From a virus: DNA of 64,000 nucleotides. The position numbers and the translations under genes were made by a program. The notes below the pieces were generated by a model that saw only the letters and a program-made list of their open reading frames with translations, searched no databases and was not told where the DNA came from. The stretch is taken from the IMG/VR virus record IMGVR_UViG_3300042691_015921. One strand, 5' to 3'. This document shows, piece after piece, positions 55,566 to 64,000 of the stretch (within the stretch, counting starts at the first letter, position 1; every line of letters starts with the position of its first letter).

Positions 55566-56420
55566 ATGTCTAAGAAAGAAGAAAAGCGTTTTACATTTGA
55601 GGATAAGGAATATGTTATCAGACCGGCTAATGCAACCGCTTCTGTAGAAGCACAAAAGGTCTATAACAAAACATTTAAGAAGGCTATCGAAGAGGGGGCT
55701 ATTCTTAAGAAAAGTCTTGAAGACCATATGCGTCGTCAGGGTCTTTGGGATGATAGTAAACAGGAAGAGTATGAATCTCTTCTAAAGAAAAGTGCGGATA
55801 TTGAATATAAGATTAAGAGCGGTTTCTATAAGAAAGCCTCTCAGCTAAGAGAAAAGGGGATTGAACTCAAGAGATTGCGTAATGACCTTTCTTCTTTACT
55901 GATGGTTCGTAATTCAATGGATTCAAATACCGCAGATGGTCAGGCGGATAATGAAAGATTTTTCTACTTAGTTACCGCTTGCGTGTTTGACTATGAAACA
56001 CAAAAACCGGTGTATACATCGCTGGATGATTATCATGAGAAATCAGACACAGAATTAGCGATCAAGTGTGCTTCCGAGTTTGCTAACTACGCCTACGGTC
56101 TAGAAGAAAACTTTGAAGATACACTTATAGAAAATAAGCTTTTAAAGAAACTTGGTCTTCTTAATGATAAAGGTCAGCTTACGAACAAAGCCGGTCAGCG
56201 AGTAGATTTAGAGGGTAATCTTCTTAATGAAGACGGTGCAAGAATCGACAAGGACGGTAATCGTATTGACATTAATAATAATCCAATCATAGAAGATGAT
56301 GTTATTGATACTCTAGATTTTGAGGACGATTTATCAGAAGATGTTGATGAAACAAAGGCGTCTAAGAAAAAGTCCCGTGCATCTTCAACTAAAAAAGATG
56401 TTGAAGAAGCCACAGAATAA
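55566..56420 (+). CDS. putative tail assembly chaperone
   Basis: Immediately upstream of the tape measure gene; GAGGAGG RBS. Confidence 0.55.
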   Translation: MSKKEEKRFTFEDKEYVIRPANATASVEAQKVYNKTFKKAIEEGAILKKSLEDHMRRQGLWDDSKQEEYESLLKKSADIEYKIKSGFYKKASQLREKGIELKRLRNDLSSLLMVRNSMDSNTADGQADNERFFYLVTACVFDYETQKPVYTSLDDYHEKSDTELAIKCASEFANYAYGLEENFEDTLIENKLLKKLGLLNDKGQLTNKAGQRVDLEGNLLNEDGARIDKDGNRIDINNNPIIEDDVIDTLDFEDDLSEDVDETKASKKKSRASSTKKDVEEATE

Positions 56421-56431
56421 TGGGTAAATAA

Positions 56432-59400
56432 ATGGCTTATAATCTTCCAATGCAGTTGAATTTGCAAGCACCAACTTCAACTAATATATCTAAAGTCAAG
56501 ACCTCAATTGAAAATGGTCTTAAATATATCACAATTGGAAGTCCAACTAAGAAGAATCTTGCTGATATTAAAAAAGCTGTACAAGCAGCTAATATTGGTA
56601 ATATTCAATTAAATATATCGCAACCAAACAAGTCCAGTATTAAAATAGCTAAACAAGCCCTAACTAGTGCTGGACTTGGCGATATAAAATTAAATATACA
56701 AGTACCCTCTAAGAAGAATATATCAGATACTAAAAAAGGTATTCAAAACAGTATAGGTGCCATTAAACTTATTTTAGATCCACCATCAAAAGCTAATTTA
56801 GCTGCAATACGTAGAGTTATTAGAGATGGTATTGGAACTTATAAAGTCATATTAGATCCCCCCTCTAATTCAAATCTTAATAAAGTTAAAAAAGCAATAA
56901 ACTCTGCTGGTATTGGAAATATAAATGTCAAAGTTAGCACTACGGGTGCAAATAAAGCAACTTCTCAAGTTAATACTCTCACAAGCACTATCAATAAAGG
57001 AAGTGTTTCTGCGAATACATTTTTTGATACACTAGAAGGAAAAGCAAGAAGTTTTGCCGCCTATGCCGTTGTTAGTACTGCTATCTTAAAATTAAGCGGT
57101 GCCGTTTCAACAGCAACTAGAGATGCTATTGATTTTGAAAAAGAACTTATTAATATTTCTCAAACAACTGGCGATTCTATAAAACTAACGAAAGATTATT
57201 CTTCTTCTTTAGTTGATATATCAAAAGCTTATAATGTTACTCTACCTAAAACAGCACAGTTAGCACGAACTTTAGCACAAGCCGGTTATAACTTTAAAGA
57301 TGCCGCCGAGGGTGCTGAAATTCTTGCTAAAACAAGTTTGCTGGCGGGTTTTGATAGCCTTACTGATACAACAGAAGGTTTTATTGCTGTTATGGCAACA
57401 TTCGATATGAGTGTCACTAGAGCGGGACAAGTTCTTCAATCCATTAATAAACTATCTAAGGATTATGCGGTTGAATCAGGCGACTTAGTTGAAGCAATTA
57501 AACGCACTGGTGGTGCATTTTCTTCCGCTGGAGGTTCGGTAGAAGAATTACTATCATTAATTACAGCCGTTAGATCAACAACGCGAGAAAGTGCTGAAAC
57601 TATTTCTACCGGTTTCAGAACAATTTTTGCTAGACTACAAAGACCAAAAACAATTGAATTTTTCGAACAGTTGGGAATTCAATTAGAAACTGCCGAAGGT
57701 CAATTTATTGGTCCATATCAGTCTATTCTTGCTATTAATCAGGGACTTCAAAGATTAAATATCACCGTTGGTAGTACAGATTTTGCTAGAGTAGTTGAAG
57801 AAATTGGTGGTATTCGCCAAATTTCAAAAGTTATTCCTTTATTAACACAGGCTGAAAAAGCTCAAGAGGCATTAGATAAAGCAAATAATGCTGGTGCTGA
57901 TAGTATTAAAGATTTAGAAAAAGCACAACAGGGGCTTGGGTTTAGACTTGGTGCATTACAAAAAGAATTTGCTGCTTTAATTTCGGAGGTAGTAAATTCT
58001 AGTAGTTTTAAGTTTTTAGCAGATGTATTTATAAACCTTTCTAAAGCTATTCTTGGAGTCATAAGCAATCTTAAGTCTATACCAATTCTTCTTCCAGCCC
58101 TTAGTGTGGCTGGAACGTTTGCGGCAGGAAGGGCGGCGGGTCAGTTTTTACAAAGTCCAATTAGTGCCAATCAAAAACAAAGAAATACAGCTAGAACTAG
58201 TTTAAATCCAGTCTATCGCAATCAAAGGCGAGCCGCTAGACAAGCAGCTATCAGTGCTGCTAGTGGCGGCGGCGTAACGCCATCAGTTTCTCCATCTTTT
58301 TCTGGAGGTCCAAGAAGAAGTGAAAGTAAGTCAGATGACCTTTTTAGAGAAACTGGAAGAATAATAAATTCTATGGAGGATTTAGATTTTGAGTTTACTA
58401 ATTTAGCCCGCCATCTTGGACCAATGGGCAAAGAAATTAAAAAACAATATGAAGTCGGAGAATATACTGGACCTCATGGGTATCTTGGAGTTGCTCGTAC
58501 TGATGATAAGGGTAAAAAGTATGTAGAAATAAATTTTGGAAAAGGAGGGGCTGTAACTCTTGGACATGAGGTTGGACACGCTGTAGATCAAATACTAGCC
58601 AAAGGCAGTGGAAAACGACATGCTAGTGAAGTTGAAGGAACCCTTCAAGAAGTAATAGTAAAAGCATTGAAAACAAAAGTTGCAAAACATCTAAAAGAAC
58701 AAGAGGGAGTTACTCCGGGATCTCATAGTGTAAATATAGAGGGTAAAAAAGTAGATTATTTTGAATATCGTATGAGAAACCAAGAAATTTTTGCAGATGC
58801 TTTTGCAAAATTAGATCCATTGATTCAAGGAATTGTTTCAAATACAACTGATGCAAAACAGGGTATGCAACAAATAGCAGAACTATTTATTAAATATCCA
58901 GATCGTTTTAAAAGCCTATATGCAAATATTGATGAAGATTTACATATCGTCCAGGCGGCAAAACAGCAGATTGCAAATAGAACATTAAAAGAAGCTAAAG
59001 AAGACTCTGCTAGACAAACTGGTGCATTAGGTGGAGATAGAGAAGAAATAAAAACAAAAGTAGGTTTATTAAGAGAGTCTGGACTTACAGTAAATAGTAG
59101 GTCTGCTAAACGTGCATTACAGACAGAAGGACAAAAACAATTAGGATCACAAATTAAAGAGGTTGCTAATAAACTAAAGGAATTAAAAGCCGCAGAAAAG
59201 AACTATGACGACTTAATAGATAAGCTTAAACAAGATTATAAAGAGGTTGCTGAAAAAAAACCAGCAACTAAATCAGAGGCTAAAGTTCAGACTAAACAGA
59301 AAAAAGATTTACAGAATCAATATCGTCAAGCAATACTTAATGCTAGAAAAACACGCGAATCTATTACTGAAAAACAACAGGAAAAGGAAAGTCTATCACA

Positions 59401-62400
59401 GCAATTTAAGACAAATAAACAAAATATAGAAAAAACAGCACAAGAGTCTTTTAAGACCGGTAAGTCTGGAGTTAAGAAAGCGATTGGTAATTTTACTAAT
59501 AATGGTGGTGGATTTGGATATTTACAATTTGTTCAGACGGCTAAACAAGTACAGGATAGTTTAGATAAATTCAAAAATAAACTAAATGAAACAACAAAAA
59601 GCATTGTTTCTAGTATTGGTAAACTAAATATTACTTTTATAGCAGCCGCTACTTATGCACAATCGGTTGCGTCTGCAATGAAAGAATTTTTTGGAATAAA
59701 TATTAATCAGGGTGCATTAACTACCGCAACTGTTAAAGGCGGTATGTATTCCGGTGCAGAAGATGCTGTTAGAATGGCATCGACACGTAAGAATATTTTC
59801 CTTGTCGGAAAAGCATTAGAAAAACTTCCTCGCTCGGCAGGTAAATTTGGTTCTACTCTAGTTCAAAATGCTGGTAAAATAGCAACTGCCGGAAAATCAT
59901 TAGCTAATGTTCTTAAGGGAGCGTGGGTAGCGGAACTTACTGGTGGATTGCTTGATGCTATTTTTAGTACAGACTATGCTAAACAAACAGAAAAATTTAT
60001 TGAACTTGGTGATGCCGCAAGTGCAGCAGCGGCAGCGGCTAAATCATATGAGCAAGAATTTTATAGAGGAATTCCAATAATTGGAAGTTTTCTGTCTGCT
60101 TTAGGTGTCGGTAGTAGTATATTAGAAGAAAATCTTGATTCTAATGGAAGGCTAGTAGTATCAAATGCTAGACTTGCCGCACAGATAAATAAGACAGATA
60201 AAGAAATTATTAAACAGCAAAAAATATATTCTGATGCTAATTTAGAATCTGATCAAGGCAAAAGAATTAGTATACAGCAAGGTGCAACAAATGCACAACT
60301 TGATATTATTGATGAATTGAAAAAAGAAGCGGCAAATAATGTTGCAGCAATAGAGAGTGCAAAAGGTCCAAGCTTACAACAATCTGCTGGAAAAGGATTA
60401 TTAGTTGCTGGAATGGGACTCGCTGGAGGAACTCCAATTTCCGCCGCCGCTGGAGTTATAGGGGGTGTAGCAATAGCGGCGGTTGACTATTACAATCAAG
60501 TAAGAACGTCTTCTGCACAAACAGTAAAAGCATATGAACTACAATCAGCTACTGTTAAGAAGGTTGCAGAAATTCAATCTGGACTAATTGAAGGATTTGG
60601 AAGTAGACTGAAAGCAGCATCTATTGCTAGTTTAAAAGCGGGGGGTGGATATTCACAAGGATTTTCTTCAATTGAACAACAATATGGTGGTGCCGCTAAT
60701 TTAAGAAGAACAATTGGATTTAATTTTACTGGAAATCTTGAAGAAGACAGAAAAAAATTAGATGAACAAGCTAAGTCTCAAGAATTTTTAGTAGATACTC
60801 TAAAGAAAGGAAAGGTTCAAATTGATGAATCTGAAAAAGCACAATTAGCAGAACAGCAGGCAAAAATTGATGCCGCAGAAGCTTCTCTTCAATTAACAAA
60901 AGATCTTAAGGGGCAGGTAGATGCAACATACTTCGCACTTGAGGCGGAAAAATTATTAATGGAAAGAAGAAAAATTGCCGCAGCAGCAATGGATTATCAG
61001 CTTCAAATTATGAAGCAAATGGAAAGTGCTTATGATGGATTTAATGCCTCATTAAGAGATTCTAAAAATATTATGGAAGAAATTGCTAATGTGGGCACAG
61101 GAAAATTAACCACTAGAGAAGCCGGTGCAAAATATGGAGTAGGAAAAGATTTATTTGAAATTGATGCCAAAGAGATGATGAGAACAGCACGCGGGCCAAA
61201 TTCAATTGCTGCCCAAATGGCTGGTTTCGCCACAAGAGCAGGTGCCCCAGGACAAGAGATAGAAAAATCATTAGGAAGACTTGATGTTATAGATAAGATT
61301 GGAGAACTTGCAAAGTCTAAAGAATTAGGAGATCTATTAAAAACAGAAGGAGAAGCTGCCGCTGATCCAAAAGAAATAGCTAAGACAATATATAGTAAAT
61401 TAGATAATTTAGGAATGGGAGTTAAAGAAGGAATGGACCCCGTATTAGATGAAGCAATAAGAAAGTACGCAGAAAAAATAGCAGAAGGATATGAATATGC
61501 GGGCGAGGCAGAAGAAGCCGCTAGACAAGAAGCTACTAAACAGGCAGAAGAAATAATTGCAAAACAACAAGAGAAATTCAGAGAATTATTTGATGCGGAA
61601 AAACAATTACGTGAATTTGAGATTGAGTTAACAAATAAGAAAATAGAATTTGCTAAGAAAGTATATGAAACTGAAAAGACATACTTTGATGAAAGATTTG
61701 CTCTAAATAAGAAGGTTAGAGACGCACTAGAGACAGAACCTACTGGACCCGCAAGAGCCGGATTTATCGCCAGTCGTGCCGGTGCTGATAGAGCAACTCA
61801 AATGTCTGGATTAGCAGGAAGGCGGGCACAATCGTTTGCCGCATTTAATCTTGGAGGATTAGATAGAAAAACGGCAGGAGAACGTGTAGCTAAAGAGATG
61901 GGTATATTGAGTGCTATTGCCCAAGCGGGTGGTGACGTTGGGACTCATTTTGAAGCACTTAATGGTGCTACTGAAATGTTAATATCTACTATTAGAGATG
62001 AAATAGATATAGAACAGCAATATCTAGATGGACTAATTGACTCCGCTAAAGCACAACAAGAATATACTCAGGCTTTATATGATGCACAGGGAGCAATAGT
62101 ACGTGATCTAGTAACTGGAACAAACGAAGACGTTGGCAAACAGCTAATGGGATTAAATGCCGCAGCTATGGCTGGAAGACAGGGTAGTCTTGCCGGTGTT
62201 CCAGAAGATATGAGAAAAGAAGTATTTTCTATATTTGATCAATTCAGAGATGTTATAATTCCCGGACTTGGTAAGACAGGAAAAGAAGCACAAAAGGAAA
62301 TAACAAAGAATGAAATGATGAGAAGGTTTGGAGTTGATGCTGGAACCGCTGAACAACTCGCTAGCAAGGCAGTTGAAGATAGAGTTCCTATTGATCAAAG

Positions 62401-62890
62401 AATGGCCGATCAAATAGAAAATCAAAGAAAAATAGTTGAAGGGTTATTAGCAGAAGAAAAAGTAATGAGACAGTCTCAACTAACTCAGGAACAGGCTAAT
62501 ATTGATAGATTTGGAGCATTTGTTAGAGGATTTGCGGAATCAGTAGACTCTATGAGAGCGGCCTTAAATCTTCCAAAAGTTGGAAATCAGCCGCCGCCAC
62601 AACTACAAGCACAGCAAATGCCATTTATTCCAAACAATACTGTACAAAATCCAAACAGTAAACCTATTGAAGTTGCTGCAAATGGACAACAGCAAATTAC
62701 CATTAGTTTACCAGATATTGCGGCACTTGTAAATAAGGATATTACATCTATGGTATTAGAAGCGGTTGCTGGGACATTCAGAAATATGGCAGAAGGTGCT
62801 AGAACAGCACAAAACTTTGAAGATTTGTCAACCGCCATAGCAAACGCTAGCGAACAGACCACAACTCAGAAAATGGGAGGAACGGCATAA
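56432..62890 (+). CDS. tail tape measure protein
   Basis: 2152 aa, Ala-rich and helical; TP901-like core (FEKELINI...LAQAG...TRESAETISTG.RTIFAR). Confidence 0.9.
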   Translation: MAYNLPMQLNLQAPTSTNISKVKTSIENGLKYITIGSPTKKNLADIKKAVQAANIGNIQLNISQPNKSSIKIAKQALTSAGLGDIKLNIQVPSKKNISDTKKGIQNSIGAIKLILDPPSKANLAAIRRVIRDGIGTYKVILDPPSNSNLNKVKKAINSAGIGNINVKVSTTGANKATSQVNTLTSTINKGSVSANTFFDTLEGKARSFAAYAVVSTAILKLSGAVSTATRDAIDFEKELINISQTTGDSIKLTKDYSSSLVDISKAYNVTLPKTAQLARTLAQAGYNFKDAAEGAEILAKTSLLAGFDSLTDTTEGFIAVMATFDMSVTRAGQVLQSINKLSKDYAVESGDLVEAIKRTGGAFSSAGGSVEELLSLITAVRSTTRESAETISTGFRTIFARLQRPKTIEFFEQLGIQLETAEGQFIGPYQSILAINQGLQRLNITVGSTDFARVVEEIGGIRQISKVIPLLTQAEKAQEALDKANNAGADSIKDLEKAQQGLGFRLGALQKEFAALISEVVNSSSFKFLADVFINLSKAILGVISNLKSIPILLPALSVAGTFAAGRAAGQFLQSPISANQKQRNTARTSLNPVYRNQRRAARQAAISAASGGGVTPSVSPSFSGGPRRSESKSDDLFRETGRIINSMEDLDFEFTNLARHLGPMGKEIKKQYEVGEYTGPHGYLGVARTDDKGKKYVEINFGKGGAVTLGHEVGHAVDQILAKGSGKRHASEVEGTLQEVIVKALKTKVAKHLKEQEGVTPGSHSVNIEGKKVDYFEYRMRNQEIFADAFAKLDPLIQGIVSNTTDAKQGMQQIAELFIKYPDRFKSLYANIDEDLHIVQAAKQQIANRTLKEAKEDSARQTGALGGDREEIKTKVGLLRESGLTVNSRSAKRALQTEGQKQLGSQIKEVANKLKELKAAEKNYDDLIDKLKQDYKEVAEKKPATKSEAKVQTKQKKDLQNQYRQAILNARKTRESITEKQQEKESLSQQFKTNKQNIEKTAQESFKTGKSGVKKAIGNFTNNGGGFGYLQFVQTAKQVQDSLDKFKNKLNETTKSIVSSIGKLNITFIAAATYAQSVASAMKEFFGININQGALTTATVKGGMYSGAEDAVRMASTRKNIFLVGKALEKLPRSAGKFGSTLVQNAGKIATAGKSLANVLKGAWVAELTGGLLDAIFSTDYAKQTEKFIELGDAASAAAAAAKSYEQEFYRGIPIIGSFLSALGVGSSILEENLDSNGRLVVSNARLAAQINKTDKEIIKQQKIYSDANLESDQGKRISIQQGATNAQLDIIDELKKEAANNVAAIESAKGPSLQQSAGKGLLVAGMGLAGGTPISAAAGVIGGVAIAAVDYYNQVRTSSAQTVKAYELQSATVKKVAEIQSGLIEGFGSRLKAASIASLKAGGGYSQGFSSIEQQYGGAANLRRTIGFNFTGNLEEDRKKLDEQAKSQEFLVDTLKKGKVQIDESEKAQLAEQQAKIDAAEASLQLTKDLKGQVDATYFALEAEKLLMERRKIAAAAMDYQLQIMKQMESAYDGFNASLRDSKNIMEEIANVGTGKLTTREAGAKYGVGKDLFEIDAKEMMRTARGPNSIAAQMAGFATRAGAPGQEIEKSLGRLDVIDKIGELAKSKELGDLLKTEGEAAADPKEIAKTIYSKLDNLGMGVKEGMDPVLDEAIRKYAEKIAEGYEYAGEAEEAARQEATKQAEEIIAKQQEKFRELFDAEKQLREFEIELTNKKIEFAKKVYETEKTYFDERFALNKKVRDALETEPTGPARAGFIASRAGADRATQMSGLAGRRAQSFAAFNLGGLDRKTAGERVAKEMGILSAIAQAGGDVGTHFEALNGATEMLISTIRDEIDIEQQYLDGLIDSAKAQQEYTQALYDAQGAIVRDLVTGTNEDVGKQLMGLNAAAMAGRQGSLAGVPEDMRKEVFSIFDQFRDVIIPGLGKTGKEAQKEITKNEMMRRFGVDAGTAEQLASKAVEDRVPIDQRMADQIENQRKIVEGLLAEEKVMRQSQLTQEQANIDRFGAFVRGFAESVDSMRAALNLPKVGNQPPPQLQAQQMPFIPNNTVQNPNSKPIEVAANGQQQITISLPDIAALVNKDITSMVLEAVAGTFRNMAEGARTAQNFEDLSTAIANASEQTTTQKMGGTA

Positions 62891-64000
62891 TGCCAGTTAT
62901 TATTACAAAAAATAATGTAGACTACTACTTGGTTCCAGCACCATTGGTGTCATTTAATAAACAAGTTTATAATAACATTGGCCGCCCAGGTTTTGGTACA
63001 GATTTTTCTGTATCACTACAAGGAACTTTAGTTCAAACACATGGCAATCCGTATTTCGCCGCCGGTAGCGGTGGAGTTTATAATAGTAGTACAGCCTGGA
63101 CAACAACACCGGATGTTGAAGCTGCCGAAATTACAGATGTAAGCGGAGTTGATAGATTAAATGCTACTATAAAGAAGCAAGAATTAATACGTAATTTATT
63201 TAGTAATCCCGTTATAAGTGGCGTAGCGAAACCAGTAAAGATAACGATCAAAGGTTGGGATGCAGGCATTAATGCCGGATCGGGCATTGTGTTTTATGGT
63301 TTCGTAGACGATGTAGCATTTGACTCAGAGGGAAGATGGGCGAATCCCGGTGGATATACTATCAATCTGAGAAATACTACTTTTCTTTCAAGTGCCAACG
63401 GATTATTTTCTAATGGTAATGAAAATCTTAGCACTTCATCTGGATATTTTATTTCTAATGTAACAGAAACATTTGATATACAAGAAGATGGAAGAACAAC
63501 TTTAGTATTCGCCAGTTCTGGTAGTGGAAGAAAAATACAGCAAATAAATAAGACCTATACAATCAACCGGTCCATTACCGCAGTTGGCTCTCCAGTTTAT
63601 GATACTAATGGTTCATATTTAAATAATCTTGCCCCATGGCAACAAGCGAGCGGATTTATTTATTCATACCTTGGAGTTGGCTCTGGTGTTACTTCTGGAT
63701 TCAATACTATCAAGAATAGTGGACTAATCGCATTACAACAAAATCAATCTTATAAGCCGGCAAACTTTGTATATCAGGAAAGTATAGACCGCGAGGCCGG
63801 AACTTATAGTTTAACGGAAACATATACTCTATATAGTGGTGGATTTCCAGTTATTGAGAATATAAATATTAGTCAAGACGTTGCGGATAATGGTGTTAAT
63901 ACAGTAAATATACAGGGCACGATTCAGGGACTAAATACAGTCGATGGATTTTCGTATGTGAATAATGCATATCTAAATGCTGATTCTTACTTTACTGGAG
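62890..64000 (+). CDS. tail-tip/baseplate protein, partial
   Basis: TAATG overlap with the tape measure stop; MPVIITKNNVDYYLVPAPLVSFNK...; appears open to the window end. Confidence 0.65.
   Translation, partial: MPVIITKNNVDYYLVPAPLVSFNKQVYNNIGRPGFGTDFSVSLQGTLVQTHGNPYFAAGSGGVYNSSTAWTTTPDVEAAEITDVSGVDRLNATIKKQELIRNLFSNPVISGVAKPVKITIKGWDAGINAGSGIVFYGFVDDVAFDSEGRWANPGGYTINLRNTTFLSSANGLFSNGNENLSTSSGYFISNVTETFDIQEDGRTTLVFASSGSGRKIQQINKTYTINRSITAVGSPVYDTNGSYLNNLAPWQQASGFIYSYLGVGSGVTSGFNTIKNSGLIALQQNQSYKPANFVYQESIDREAGTYSLTETYTLYSGGFPVIENINISQDVADNGVNTVNIQGTIQGLNTVDGFSYVNNAYLNADSYFTG

Noticed and set aside
56388-56427. Programmed -1 frameshift from the chaperone gene towards the tape measure gene
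   Set aside because: The A-run is not in the X XXY YYZ phase, and the shifted frame stops at 56425-56427.
31771-62890. Alternative genetic code
   Set aside because: Long genes are intact and tightly packed under the standard code, and no suppressor tRNA was seen.

Overview
This is a 64-kb slice of a large, tailed dsDNA phage genome with siphovirus-like gene order. It has two oppositely transcribed arms that meet at a sharp strand and composition switch near 31.1 kb. The left arm (1-31.1 kb, minus strand) holds many short accessory or early ORFs: rIIA/rIIB, two nucleoside 2-deoxyribosyltransferase-like genes, a deaminase, a SLOG protein, glf with a glycosyltransferase, DUF932, a pyrimidine-dimer glycosylase and a GP88-like protein. 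It also carries three tRNAs, an odd D-armless tRNA-like RNA and an internally deleted uvsE. The right arm (31.7-64 kb, plus strand, AT-rich) holds a phage sigma factor, HNH and ERCC4 nucleases, gmd, ClpP, an intein-containing terminase, and portal, prohead protease, capsid, tail and tape-measure genes. The most striking feature is non-coding. Between 18.2 and 31.1 kb the early genes are split into cassettes by a recurring regulatory module. Each module has leftward sigma70-type promoters and rightward sigma54-type -24/-12 sites (14 clear sites in total). Six modules carry a covarying 8-bp hairpin with a CAAAG(C/A) loop; in five it directly abuts the -12 element and is centred on the predicted sigma54 start site. 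Several families of palindromic operator-like sites are also present. All protein calls come from motif recognition by eye, not database searches. The host cannot be determined from this window.
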